The position numbers and the translations under genes are program-made. This document shows positions 49,164-63,376 of a stretch of DNA of 64,000 nt, piece by piece (within the stretch, counting starts at the first letter, position 1; each line of letters starts with the position of its first letter). Source of the DNA: Octopus bimaculoides (Eukaryota); assembly GCF_001194135.2 (NCBI RefSeq), contig NC_068995.1:1964878-2028877 (forward strand), given 5' to 3'. The notes under the pieces were generated by a model, which was not told the origin of the DNA, searched no databases, and saw nothing but the letters and a program-made list of their open reading frames with translations.

Positions 49164-49770
49164 GACGCACTCACTATAAGACGCACCCACCCTGTGCCCT
49201 TGTACATATATGTATATATACACACATGTATACATATATACACACATACATATTTATCCATCTGTAAATATATATATACATACACACATATATTTATACA
49301 TACACATATATATATACATACATATATATGTATATATATATATATACATACATACATACAAATATTCACGTATGGGTGTTATGAGTATATAGTGTGTGTG
49401 TGGTGTGTGTGTGTACTTCAACTCCGTTTAGCCATATATTTAGTTTCCCCACCACCCGTTTGCGATACCTTGGGGATATCGAGATAAGGTTTTCGATTCC
49501 AGGAGACGATAAACCTGATTGTGGGACTGTGGGGTGGGTGGTGCTGCGACACACACAAGGACACACACACACACACACACATACAGGCTCATACCTACAT
49601 ACACACATACATACGGTTAAAGGATGGTGCTCAACAGAAAACGTGACAGGAGGATTTAGTGCGTGAAAGGAAAGACCAAGAAGAAGGGGGGGAGTGAGAT
49701 AGAGAAGAAGGAGAAGAAAGTGGCTGGAGGAGGGGGAGGAGGAGCAACAGTACACACACACATGAAATTA

Positions 49771-49827
<57 letters not shown>

Positions 49828-50018
49828 GTATATCTATCTAATTATCTGTCTCTATCTACCTATCTATATATATATATATATATANNNNNNNNNNNNNNNN
49901 NNNNNNNNNNNNNNNNNNNNNNNNNNNNNNNNNNNNNNNNNNNNNNNNNNNNNNNNNNNNNNNNNNNNNNNNNNNNNNNNNNNNNNNNNNNNNNNNNNNN
50001 NNNNNNNNNNNTATATAC

Positions 50019-50051
<33 letters not shown>

Positions 50052-50120
50052 TATGTACACACTTAAATACAAACCCACACACAGGTACACACCCACACAC
50101 ACACACACACCTATTTATAT

Positions 50121-50166
<46 letters not shown>

Positions 50167-50903
50167 TGGTGTTGTTGTTTCTGGTAAATAGATTTCTGAC
50201 TAAAAATTCGGTCTGTGTTATTGATTTTTGAAGCAGAGAGTTTCCCATCGCAGTTCTTCTTGTCGGGCAAGCGTGGGCGTGTGTGGGTGTGAGTAGAGGA
50301 TGTAACTACAAAGACCAGGTATAAATAGATGGAGACAAAGATGGATTAATATAGAGATATACATACACATACATACATATATACATATATACATACATTC
50401 ATACATGCATATATACATATATATATGTGCGTGTGTGAGTGTGTGCATACAAACATACATATATATGTATACATACATACATACACACACAGAGATATAT
50501 TGCACACACACACATGCATATATATATATATATATATATATATANNNNNNNNNNNNNNNNNNNNNNNNNNNNNNNNNNNNNNNNNNNNNNNNNNNNNNNN
50601 NNNNNNNNNNNNNNNNNNNNNNNNNNNNNNNNNNNNNNNNNNNNNNNNNNNNNNNNNNNNNNNNNNNNNNNNNNNNNNNNNNNNNNNNNNNNNNNNNNNN
50701 NNNNNNNNNNNNNNNNNNNNNNNNNNNNNNNNNNNNNNNNNNNNNNNNNNNNNNNNNNNNNNNNNNNNNNNNNNNNNNNNATATATATATATATATATGT
50801 ACACGAGGGGTGTATGAAAAGTTTTAAACCTTCAAGGCCTTTGAGCCTTGAAGTCTTGTACCATATTTTGGTATTTTGAGGCTCAATGAGAGAGAGAGTG
50901 AGG

Positions 50904-50935
<32 letters not shown>

Positions 50936-50959
50936 CAGAGAGAGAGAGAGAGAGATAAA

Positions 50960-51080
<121 letters not shown>

Positions 51081-51807
51081 GGATGGATAGATAGATAGAT
51101 AGGTAGATGTGCGCATCGGACGTTGTCTGGTATAGGACACACAAAATGAGTGAAATACAAAAAAAAATACAGAATGAAGAAATATATAGCTACACAAACA
51201 AATAAATAGAGAGAAAAAGAATAAGAAAGTGGGAGAGAGAGAGAGAGGGTGGGAGATGGGAAGAGGTGATGGAGTTGGGTCAAATCAATATCGGTGAGAA
51301 AGATGACAATTATTGTAGGAGCATAAAAATATTTTTCTGAAGAAATTACGTAGAAGTCTGTTAATTATCACAAGTCGTGTACTAGCTTTGCCATCTGCTG
51401 CATTCCAGGCCCATCGTACCCTTATTTCACCCCTATATACCTACTGTAGATATATCTGCTGCCGTCGTTGTTTGTTTGTTTGTTTGTTGTTTTTTTTCTC
51501 CTTCAACGCAAAAACGGCGGCAATATTTCTCGGTTCTGTTATTGATTTATTCCTTTATCACTCTTTGATCTGCTGTTTGCGGGGGTGTTTTTATCTGTAT
51601 CTATATCTGTCTGTGTATATTTATCTATCAAAATCAGTCTCTCTCTGTCTGTCTCTCTTTCTCTTTATCTATCTATCTGTGTGTGTGTGTAAGATGTGTA
51701 TGTACAATGTATGTATACTTATGCGTGTAAAAATAATCAGTCTGTCAATCAATCAATCAATTGATCTCTCTCCCTCTCCATAAATGTTTGCGCTTGGATA
51801 TACACAA

Positions 51808-51852
<45 letters not shown>

Positions 51853-52795
51853 TATATACATACATACATACATATACACACATGCATGCACAAACAAATA
51901 CATATGTATGTACATGCATACACATACAAATACACACACAAATACATACATACATACATACGTACGTACGTATGTACACAATCTGTGTCAAAGGCTGTAC
52001 ACTTGTACACAGGAGTCGAATGTGTTTATGCCCGAACACATGCATAGGGACATAAACAATATATAACCTATCACAACAATAACATTGCCGACACCACCAC
52101 CAGCAGCCTACATCACTAGCAGCATCACCAGCATCACCAGCAGCAGTCTATACACTACCAAAACCACTCCAACTACGGCCACCACCACCACCATCATCAT
52201 CTCTAATGCTCTCATTTCTTAATAACAATGTCAGTTCCGTTTCTCATTCATACGATATCTTTTCTCTATTTTCGTCTTTCCTTCCGCCTTGTGTCTTCTA
52301 TCGTTCTATTTTTACGTTGGTTCATTTTCTTCCATTTTATTTTATTCTCTTCAATATTCTTGTCTTTCCTTCATTCATCTTTTCCCTCTTTTGTAGCTGT
52401 TACCGCTCTTCCAATTAATTCCTTCTGTCAGTCTCCATTTACAATATTTCCAGTATTTTCTTCGTTTTTAAACTCTTCTCACTCTCTCTCTCTCTCCTCC
52501 CCATCCTCTCCCTCTCTCTTCCTCCATCATCACTAAATTCTTTCCTCATTCATTACATTCTTTTATTTATTGATTCGTTCCTTTATTCATTCGTTCATTC
52601 TTTCATTCAATTATTCTATTATTCATTTATCAATTCACTTATTTATTCCACCATTTCTACTCAACAGTTCCTGTCGTCTGCTTCAGTCAACTTTCGGCCG
52701 CCATCTTATTCTCTTAGTGATCAACGCGACTCCGCTTCTCAATGTTTATTTACAATTTACATTCATCGCCATCATCACCAACGTTGCTACTACTG

Positions 52796-52835
<40 letters not shown>

Positions 52836-52836
52836 A

Positions 52837-52874
<38 letters not shown>

Positions 52875-53121
52875 CCCCCCAAAACATCAGTATCATCACT
52901 ACCAGCAACATCTATCTTCTACATCATCATTACTACCATCATCATCATCATCGTAAACAGTAACATGACCGTCTGTCACTCTTCTCCCACATCTCTCTCT
53001 CTCTCCCTCTCTCTTTCTCATGTGTTTTTTTTCTTTCTTTTTCCTGTCTAACTGAAATTTTCTTGTCTTTAAGCACGTTTTTCTCTGTCTTTTCAACTTT
53101 CGTCGCTCTTGTGTAAAATCT

Positions 53122-53169
<48 letters not shown>

Positions 53170-54194
53170 TACGGTGTGTGTGTGTGTGTGTGTTTATTGT
53201 GTGTACAGATCTCTCTCTCTCTATATATATATATATACATACATACACATGCACACACGTTTGTGTATTCGTATCTGCGTATGTGTATGTGTGCCATGTG
53301 TCTATGTATATACATATATACACATATATACACATGCATAAACACACACACACACACACTCTCTCAAACACACACACACACACACACGAGTTTTTTGTCA
53401 ATCGTCTATCGTCGCTTGTTTCCAAATCGCAATATATTGATACGACAACCTATATCTTTGCAACATCAAACCACCCACACTGCACTTTTATCTCTCCAGA
53501 CCTCACACACACTCGAACTGTAATTTTCACAGCTTTCCACACACTTATTGTATATTACACCACACATTACAACACACACATACTTAAGAAATGGTCTTCA
53601 AAAGCAAACGTGTGTGTGTGTGTGTGTGTACATGTATGTATGTATATATGAGTGTGTGTATGTATGTATGAAAACTTGTAAACGAAATTAGACACAAGAA
53701 ACTGTGAGGATAGCCTTAGGACTGACTTTGATTCGTGGGCGCCAGCATTGTCCCGCCATTGCCATTGTATTACGTTAAGAGTACAAAGGTATGCCGTATG
53801 ATATCTATCTATCTATATGTGAATGTATGTACACACATATGTAAATACATGTGCATATATATATATATATAGACTTATAAAATTACATACATATATACAA
53901 ATACTGTACACACGTTCAAAGGCACATAATATAAACGTGTGACAGTGTGTGTGTATATGTGTGTAACGGCTGAACAATCGGAAACATGATACTTAGAGTT
54001 ACTATTCAACAAGCTGTTTTTTCTTGTAAAAAATATTCAAAAAACATTTCTCTTTAATGTGTGAATTGAATTTCATTTTCAACCCTGTTTTCAGAAAAGT
54101 TCATTAGTCCACACACACACACACACACACACACATGTATGTATAAACACACTCACAAACACATATTTGTTTTTATGTTCATCCATAATGGTTT

Positions 54195-54405
54195 CAAATG
54201 TTGGCACAAGGCCAGCAACTTCGGAGGAAAGGGTGTAAGTCGATCACATCGACTCCAGTACATGACTGGTACTTAATTTATCGACCCCCGAAGGATGACA
54301 GGCAAAGTCGACCTCGGCGGAATTTGAACTCAGAACATAAAGACGGACGAAATGCCGCGAAGCATTTCGTCCGGCGAGCTAACGATTCTGCCAGCGCGCC
54401 ACCAT
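54195..54405 (-). mobile_element. SINE family B
   Basis: ggtacttaatttatcgacccccgaaggatgacaggcaaagtcgacctcggcggaatttgaactcagaac...cgattctgccagc. Confidence 0.9.
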
Positions 54406-54607
54406 ATGTTCAGTTATAATTTTAAAAAACTAATTTGACATTAATCCGAAAGATTACTCTATACTTTTGTAAATCACAGATTTCTTTTTCTTCTTCTTAA
54501 ACAAGAATATTATTGATAGAAACGTCCAAATTTAGGCCAGCTAAACCATCATCGGACTATACACACATACACACACATATATGTATGTATGTATGTATTT
54601 ATGCATG

Positions 54608-54678
<71 letters not shown>

Positions 54679-55369
54679 CATCAACATCAACACCACCAAA
54701 TAGTTAATTGAATGTTAAAACAGGCATAACACGGAATCCCAGAATCTGCCGGTCCCAACGTGAGAAACTATGCCTGTTGCGTGACTGTCCTTGAACTCAT
54801 CTTCCAGGGATCCGACGCACTAACAGAAATGGGGCATCTGTACAGACAACGTCGATTTGATGGAGAGACTGATCTAATGTACATCACAAGCATTTGATCA
54901 CTACAAACAATCATCTACGCTGGTTGATAAGCAAGAAATTGCCGAAACCCCATTTCCCGTTTATGACAGGAGCGTCCATCATATACCAACACATTATTCG
55001 AAAATCGTAATGTATATTCAACGCACAATTTTATTTTATCATCATTAGGAAAGCAATCCAACTCCATCTATAATTACATATGATTGAATTTACTCCATTA
55101 ATATATTTATATAATTATCTCGATAATTGAATTGCATTTTCTATATCTAAATTATTTATACGTGTCTGTCTAACATATATGTGCAAGCATATTTCAAACA
55201 CACACACACACACACATTAATTGCTGCCAGGGACACCGTATTTCGTTTTGCAACCATTAATATACAACCAAGTACATTAAAGGTTTATAAGTCAATACCG
55301 CGTCCTACTCTGTGTTAGCAGTGCGATTTAATCACTTTTAAGTTGTTACCTCTACAGATTTTCAATAGT

Positions 55370-56420
55370 GATATTTCATGTATCCAGACATTGTGGTCAC
55401 GCTGTATAATTCAAAACAGTAATGAAATGTTTGGTCTTCTGAAAGCATTTCCAATTTCTAATTAAATTATAAACTTAAAATGCTTTAAATTTGCTGCGCT
55501 CTTGCAATTACGTATTTGATTTTCTTTGTGACAAATTAAAATCATTAGAGATGTCTAGTGTTTCTAACAGAATTGTGTCAATGTCTGTTATTGTCCAGGT
55601 ATCGCTGATATGCAATGAAACTGTATCAATCCAACCTTCAAAAGTAGCATTTCAATTCTTCCATCGACTGTACAATTACATTAAAATAAAATTTACCTGA
55701 TGTCCCACTTGCTAATTGCTGTCTTTCTTTGAAAGCATTTCTAATGTTTGCAATACCTTATCCAAGATAACAAGATCCTGTATTGTTAAAGAGTCGAGCT
55801 CTTCAGATGGTATATGTATGATTGTGAAGTTAAGGTAACTAACAAGCAATACTTTAGTTTTTCAACTCACTGATTTTTAGGCTCACGTTTGAGGTTGTAC
55901 TATTGACACTTAGTTATCTTTTAAATACCAAAAGATTTTAAATTGCAGTATGGCTAGCGGAAACTAATGAAAAAATGTTTCAATGCGAAATCGACTACTT
56001 CCTACATTCTGATAGCCCATCTTCTAGAAGAAATATACGCATAGTATGATCCACAACAACATATTATGTGAAGTAGATAGCAAAGTATAATGCATTAAGT
56101 AGAGTGCAATAGTGTCTCCATGATGTACGACTACAGACGTCTCAAAACCATTAATATTACCAGACGTACTAATACAAGTATTAGTATTAGTGTAGAAGAA
56201 TACAACGGCGTTAATGAATGAATTTGGCCGTTCAAAGAGACTTGGGAAATTACTGCTTTGTTTATGCAATCAAATGCTATAGAAAAGACCACAAAACTCA
56301 CCACAAAATTGTGTTTTATAGAACTGCAGGCGTTGATACATAGACTTAATGGTAGAATTAATTCAATCTGATTCCTCTTTGGCCTAATGCCAAGACAAAA
56401 AGTTAGAATTAATTTATCCA
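55370..56420 (-). mobile_element. Old RTE-clade LINE ORF2 (RT domain) remnant
   Basis: FVVFSIAFDCINK (cf. FVDFSKAFDSI), INAVVFFYTNT...HHGDTIALYL (cf. LQGDTLAPYL) and IDTVSLHISDTWTIT (cf. LLYGSETWTLT) occur in collinear order. Many frameshifts. Confidence 0.7.
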
Positions 56421-56489
56421 TTCTTAATCTCAGACTCGGTTAAAGAATTTTACACAACTCTCTCTCACTCTTTCTTCCTGTTTCTCTTG

Positions 56490-56670
56490 TAACTGTATTT
56501 CGAAGGGGCCAGCCTTGTCACACTCTGTGTCACGCTGAATCTCCCCGAGAACTACGCTAAGGGTACACGTGTCTGTGGAGTGCTCAGCCACTTGCACGCT
56601 AATTTCACGAGCAGGCTGTTCCACTGATCGGATCAACTGGAACCCTCGTCGTCGTAACCGACGGAGTGCC
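56490..56670 (+). mobile_element. SINE family C, 3' part, well preserved
   Basis: gccagccttgtcacactctgtgtcacgctgaatctccccgagaactacg...ggaaccctcgtcgtcgtaaccgacggagtgcc. Confidence 0.9.
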
Positions 56671-57764
56671 GTAGATGTATGTAAGCGTGTATATAATACA
56701 TATTTCTATGTGTATATGAAAAATTGCAATAAACAGTCTATATTATTTGTTCATACGCACGATTCAGCACAACAGTTGTTTGGATCTCAACATCGGATGT
56801 TCCAAGAGCAACCGAATCCTTAACCACAACGGATCATCTGGGCAACACTTTTTTTCCCCAACGGTGAAACGTATGTAGGAACAAATAAATTTGTGTTTAT
56901 TGTAAATTTCTTACATCTGCTCCTAATATCATAACTAGTAATATTACAAAGTATAGTATTTGTTTAACAGCTATACTGGGAACAGACTGGACGATGATAA
57001 TCTACGCGGAACTCGACAGTAGCAGCCGAGCATCCATCTGTACACACAAGATACACTCTGTGTGTGTGTGTGTGTGCTTCTGCATGTTTCTCCATCTCAC
57101 TGATATTGATATTTAATTGTGCAGTGCAGCAAAGCTTTGACTGACCACCAAGATTAGTTTCATTTTTTAAAAAAAACCCCGCAAAATCCCCCTCTCTCCC
57201 TTTCTTCCCTATCCGTTACTCTCTCCATCCCCACGCCTTCCCTCCCTACCTCCCTCTCTCCATCTATCCGACCAACTGACTGGCTGACGTCTTGTTACTC
57301 ATGGAAGACAGACTGTCGTGATTTACACACAAGTTTGCGCAGAACTTAATCCCATAAACTTCAGAACGTCTTAGAATTGTTGTCATTCTCCACACCTACT
57401 ACCAAAGATACTGTCATTTCAAGAATTATTCCTACTACAGACGCTGTTTTTCTTACTTACTTCTTTATCCTAGAGTTCACCAAGGAAAGAAGCCATTATA
57501 CGTGAAGATATTAAAACCGTCTAGACTGTCTGCTACAAGATGTCTTAAGATACGATTGTCTAGTTTACCATTTTCTTGTGTATGTAATATTGTATTTATA
57601 TTAAATTACGATTTGATACTCCCACAAGATGTTTTAAGACATGTTGTGGGTGTATCAAGCAGTATATATAATACGCTATTTATATAGAATTACTTCTTGA
57701 TACGACCACATTTGTCAAGACACGCTTGTCTTTATTACCATATTCTAGCGCACGTAATTTAATA

Positions 57765-57985
57765 TCTATATTGGTTCCAAATTTTGGTGCAAGGTCAGTA
57801 ACTTTGGGTGAGACGGGTAAGTCGATTATATCGACCCCAGTATATGACTGGTACTTATTTGATCGACCCTCAAAAGATGAAAGGCAAAGTCAGTCTCGGC
57901 AGAATTTGAATTCAAAACGTAAAGCCGGAAGAAATACCGCTAAGCATTTTGTTCGGCATGCTATCTAGTCTGCCTGATCACCGTC
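57765..57985 (-). mobile_element. SINE family B
   Basis: gtcgattatatcgaccccag...ggtacttatttgatcgaccc...aggcaaagtcagtctcggcagaatttgaattcaaaac. Confidence 0.85.
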
Positions 57986-60900
57986 TGAAATCATTCATTT
58001 AAAATTGGGCGCTTTTGAGGCCTTTTCACGGGTGATGGTGTCTTTATGTTGAAGGACAAAATGTTATCGTGTCCCCTATCACGATGAAGAAGGTTTTCCC
58101 GGTTCAATACAAATTTTATAGGGAGGGGGGAATGTATTCCATAGTGAATCCCTTTTGATCATCATAAATATGGAAGCAGGGGACGGGTTGACGTGAGGTG
58201 AACAAATTGCTTGTGAAAGATGGCTGTATGCGGTAGGATAGAATATAAGGTGATATCGTTTACACGGAGGTAACTGTTGTTGGAGGCGGTGGCAACTATG
58301 TCGTTGATATACCAGAAGGAGGAGGAGGAGGAGGAGGAGGAGGAAAAATGTGGTGGGACATGGTGGAACCTTAAGGAAGAAAACGCGTTGATGAAGTGTG
58401 AATCAGAGAAATCTCCTGCAGAGAAATCTGCGACAAGATGAGATATGATAGGAAGTTCTCGACACACAAGAGACAAGATACAGACGTAAGGTAAAGTAAA
58501 GAAAGACGATTCCCATGCCAGACGCAGGAAAATACTCTGCAAACATTAAATAAAAGGATATCGTTTTCACTAAAGTTCTCAATTGCAACCGAGGACTGAC
58601 ATAAATGAGCAGGTTACAAGAAAATCTGGATTTACGTAAGTCATATTGGTGGGGATTAAGAAGGGAAACGGATTAAGGACGTTTGATAAGGTGGTTGACA
58701 ACCACTGCTTCAATTCACCTTTGAAATATTGGCAGATGAGGACGACAGATCGATTTATTGTGGAAGAACTAAAACAGTTGTCATTCTAAAAATGTTAAAA
58801 ACACATTATGGGATGTTTCGGAAAAGAGCGTTGTAGATCTGAAGAGAAAGAAATGAGGGGAAGAGAGAGGAAGACACAGAGAGAGAGGTGGGGGAAACCG
58901 AGAGAGAGGGGAGATATAGAGATTAGAAACTTTTGCAATGAATGATAACAGTTCTTTGGCGCATTGTCCGAGAGCGATGGCAGCGACACTGTAACGGCTG
59001 GTAGCCTTGGCCGTTTGAATATACACTCAGTGATTAGTAACAATTTTCTTCGTCACCTTTGAAGTGTTCGAAGAGAAACCAACAGATCGATAGTTTTGGC
59101 TCTTCTGACATCAAAGATTTACTTAACGTTAAATTATGGATTAAAAGGTCACTTGTGAATTAATTCCGTTGGTTTATTTTATTTTTTTTCCCCTTCGGAA
59201 AGCTTCATCTAATGCAAATCTCAGTAATATCTGGAGATTGGTTTAAATATATTGATACTTCAAACTAATCAAGATTAAAGTATCGAGTCTTTTATTTACT
59301 GATTTAGTCGCAAGAGGTGATGAGGTGGTGAGGTTAGGGTTAGGGTTATACATGTATAAATAATATAATATAATATAATAATACTCCGGTATATATATTT
59401 ATTTATGTGTTTCAGCCAAGTGGCTGCGGTCATATGCATATATGGGTACAGGACGTCACCAACGGTGCAAATACCATACACACGAGAGATAGATGCAAGA
59501 CAGACAGTAATTACAGGATAAAAACGAGTGAAATAGGTAAACAACGAGAGAAAATGGAAAACAGGACAAGTTAACAGAGAAAAAGACACTTCATCAATTG
59601 ATGTGTGTGTATGTGTGTGTGTGTGTGTAAGGCGGTGCTCCATCATGGCCGCAGACTGCTGACTGAAACACGTGTACATTATATAATCATTGATACCGAC
59701 TACGTTTTCAGTGTTCCTTAGACACTCACACACACACACACACCACATACACATGCGCACAAATATATTAGTATGTATATTTGTATACATTCATATACAC
59801 GTGTAGGTATATGTATTTATGTATGAGTATGTGAGTACGTGTGTGTGTGTGCGTGTGTGCGCGTGTGTGTATGTATGCATCTGTGTGTGTGTGTGTGTGC
59901 GCGCGCGCGCGCGTGTGTCTGTGTAATAAATAACCTGAATAGGTTATAAAAGGGGAGCGAATTCTGAGATTTAAGAAGGATCCTACTGCGAAGAACAACA
60001 GGCCATGTCCGCGTTTGAAACCCCTCATTTGGTCTTATATCGTATTGTGTATTAATGTGATCATCGTTCATTCAAAGATCCTACACAAAAGAATCAACAC
60101 TGTTTGGTAAACCTATAGAGAAAGATCAGAACCTCGCCAGCGGATAACAAGTCAAAACCGACACCAGATAATTGGACTCGATTTGATCAATAACAGGTCA
60201 GATATGTGATATTATAGTTTGGTGAAACATATGGCAGACGATAAAGAGTTATGTGGAAGCTGCATATAGAGTGTACGTTGCTGTTTATTTATTGTGTTTG
60301 ATTTTGTGACAGTATTTGCATAGATTCATTCAAGCATGACCAACCCGGAACATTTTGGCCTTGGTATAGAGGATTCGAATCAATGACGGACCAAGCTATA
60401 TCGTCTGCTATATTTTTGCCCCAGGTAGTGTATATGTTCGGCCAGAGAAATTACTGCGTTTTTCATATTTAAAAGTACTCAAATAAGCTGAGTATCGTTT
60501 CTTAAAATTAACGGTAGCTCCAATATAAACTTTGGTAGATTGTTGCTGTCTATTTAGGACTGAGCCCCTAGATACTATGTTAAATCACCTGCATTTGTAG
60601 CGGGGAAATATGGACAATGGATAATGAGGCATATATCTGGTGTGTGTACGTTATATAAAGGTATCATAAAGTGAAACATGGTTAATGAATGTTGAAGACA
60701 AGACTCGGTGTGTGTAATATATATATCTGATGGTGTATGGCGATGAAATGAGGACAGAGATCGAAGAAAACTATGTTCTCTATGTAAGGTGTTCGACAGT
60801 ACCTGGTATTGACATTAGAGGAACTTTAGGAGGTGCGAGATGTTACAGTTTGCGGTTGGGTTAAGTGAAATATTTAGATGTGATCTAACATAGCGGCAAG

Positions 60901-61479
60901 TTGTAGGGGAAAGTATTAGAACAGAAGCAAACGGGGGAAATATCCGTTGCGATGAAGTTAAGATCAGTCGTAGATTTGGAATGATGTGTTGATGTAAAGT
61001 CAAGACATATGCAAACACACTGCATTGCAGACATATCGAACCCACATTGATATGGGGGGATATTATATCAATCTATTGATGACGACGACGACGACGTTGA
61101 TGACGATGAAGAAGGTAGTGGTGGCGGTGGTGTTGGTTAGAATATTGATGGTGATGATGATTGAGGTGGTGCTACTGGTGAAGGGGATAGCGGTGGTGAT
61201 GATTTGAAGGGACGGCGTAGGTAGTGATGATGTGGGGGGAGGGCTATGGAGACGATGGAGCGGGGGGGGAGTGGTCTTGGGTTAGTGGTTGTGGTGCTAC
61301 TGATATTGAAGGGGGCGATAGAAATAGTAGGAGTGATGGTCATGGTGGAGTGGGGATGATTGTGGGGATTGTGTTAAGTGATGTATTGTTTGTAGTGATA
61401 GTGGTGGTGGTGACGGTGGTCAGTGGGTAAGGACGGGGGTAGTGTTGTTATTGTAGTTGTGGTGTTGGTAAAAAGGATA

Positions 61480-61790
61480 GGTGGAAAGAAGGAAAGAAAG
61501 AATGAAAGAATGAATGAATGAACGAATGACAAAGAGAAAAAGGAAGGAAGAAAGGAAGAAGGAAAACGCAAGAGAAAAAAGAATGAATAAATCAATGAAT
61601 CAATCAATCAAAGAGAAAACAAAGAAAGGAAGGAAGGAAGGAAATAAACGGAAAAAGAGAAAACAAAAGAAAGAAAGAAAGTAGGAAAGAAAGAAAGAAG
61701 GAAAGAAAGAAAGAAAGAAAGAAAGAAAGAAGGAAAGAATTAAAGAAGGAAAGAAAGAAAGACTGAATGAATGAATGACAGAGGTACATG

Positions 61791-61825
<35 letters not shown>

Positions 61826-62006
61826 AGGAAAGAAAGAAAGAAAGAAGGAGAGAAAGAAAGAAAGAAAGAAGGAAGGAAAGAAAGAAAGAAGGAGGGAAAG
61901 AAAGAAAGAAGGAAAGAAAGAAAGACTGAATGAATGACAGAGGTACATGAGAAAGAAAGTAGGAAAGAAAAAAGAAAGAATGAAAGAAGGAAAGAAAGAA
62001 AGAAAA
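61480..62006. repeat. (GAAA)n/(GGAA)n array with an internal duplication of about 160 bp
   Basis: gactgaatg...gacagaggtacatgagaaagaaag occurs at 61761 and again at 61924. Confidence 0.9.
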
Positions 62007-62009
62007 GGG

Positions 62010-62130
62010 GTTACGTAACGTCAGGCGGGAAGACGGAAAGGGACAAATTGTGTTAGGGAACCAGGTTTAACGTTGGGTGACGTTGCTGACGTCAGCAGTG
62101 TTGAATGACGTCAGCAACGTTGCTGACGGA
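62010..62130. promoter_or_regulatory. Dense bZIP motif array (PAR-bZIP site, two full CREs, one perfect C-MARE)
   Basis: GTTACGTAAC at 62010-62019; TGCTGACGTCAGCA at 62084-62097; TGACGTCA at 62106-62113. ACG(T) cores recur every 9-10 bp. Confidence 0.55.
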
Positions 62131-62150
62131 ACAAACACATGATGAATGAA

Positions 62151-62195
62151 TCGGATTTTAATCCGGAACTGTGCGGATTACGGATTATTGATTAT
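62151..62195. promoter_or_regulatory. Cluster of K50-homeodomain (Otx/Pitx-type) sites
   Basis: TAATCC 62159-62164, GGATTA 62175-62180, GGATTA 62182-62187, plus variants GGATTT 62153 and TGATTA 62189. Confidence 0.5.
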
Positions 62196-63344
62196 CGATC
62201 TGTGTCCTGGTGCCTAACTAGAACACCTTTTCTCTTCTTCACTCCCACTACCACCACCACGATCACCNNNNNNNNNNNNNNNNNNNNNNNNNNNNNNNNN
62301 NNNNNNNNNNNNNNNNNNNNNNNNNNNNNNNNNNNNNNNNNNNNNNNNNNNNNNNNNNNNNNNNNNNNNNNNNNNNNNNNNNNNNNNNNNNNNNNNNNNN
62401 NNNNNNNNNNNNNNNNNNNNNNNNNNNNNNNNNNNNNNNNNNNNNNNNNNNNNNNNNNNNNNNNNNNNNNNNNNNNNNNNNNNNNNNNNNNNNNNNNNNN
62501 NNNNNNNNNNNNNNNNNNNNNNNNNNNNNNNNNNNNNNNNNNNNNNNNNNNNNNNNNNNNNNNNNNNNNNNNNNNNNNNNNNNNNNNNNNNNNNNNNNNN
62601 NNNNNNNNNNNNNNNNNNNNNNNNNNNNNNNNNNNNNNNNNNNNNNNNNNNNNNNNNNNNNNNNNNNNNNNNNNNNNNNNNNNNNNNNNNNNNNTGAATT
62701 ACCTGTCCGTAGGTAAACGACAGGATGGTCAAGAATGGAAAGGCTGAACTGGGCCTAAAATGTCAATAACACTCTCACATTCACCACCACCACCACCGCC
62801 ACCATTTATCATCTTCCAAAGGTAAACAATAGCCCCCCCCTCCACTCTTCTCCCCAACAATCTCCTACCGTCTTTTAACCTTCTTTTCTGTCTAACCTAT
62901 CTGCTTTACTAATTGCTCCTCCTCCTCCTCCCTCCCCTTCTCTTCCCCTCCTCCTCTTACTCCTATTTCCTCCTCCTTCGTCATTTCCCGCTCGCGTTCC
63001 TCTGTTTTTCTTACTCCCCTTCCCTGTCACGGTTCTTCCTTCGTCTCTCTCTCTCTCTCTCCCTCCCTCCGTCGTTCTTTTATATCCTTTCTCCCTTTGT
63101 TTATCCTCCTCCGACTGCTCCGTCTCTTCCTCCCACCCTCTCTTCCTTCAACTCCAAAATCCCCTCTCCCTCTCGCTAGTGTCTACTTTTTCTCTTTTGC
63201 GTCACCCTTTCCCTCTCGTTTACAGCTACCCCCTCCCTTCACAATTATGTCTCTGTCTCCTTCTCCTTTTCCCTCCACCCTCAACCTCTGGTAGACTTTT
63301 ACTCCACCGCCTTCCCTCGTGTCTGTCTTACCTCCTCCTGCCAC

Positions 63345-63376
63345 ACGTCGTTTGACGTCACAGTGACGTCAGCAAA
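63345..63376. promoter_or_regulatory. Tandem pair of full CREs, the second with an AT-flanked half-MARE
   Basis: TGACGTCA at 63353-63360 and 63364-63371; TGACGTCAGCAAAA. Confidence 0.5.

Noticed and set aside
55500-55700. TGA within an otherwise open frame suggesting a NUMT
   Set aside because: Collinear RTE reverse-transcriptase motifs explain the region, and there is no mitochondrial protein similarity.
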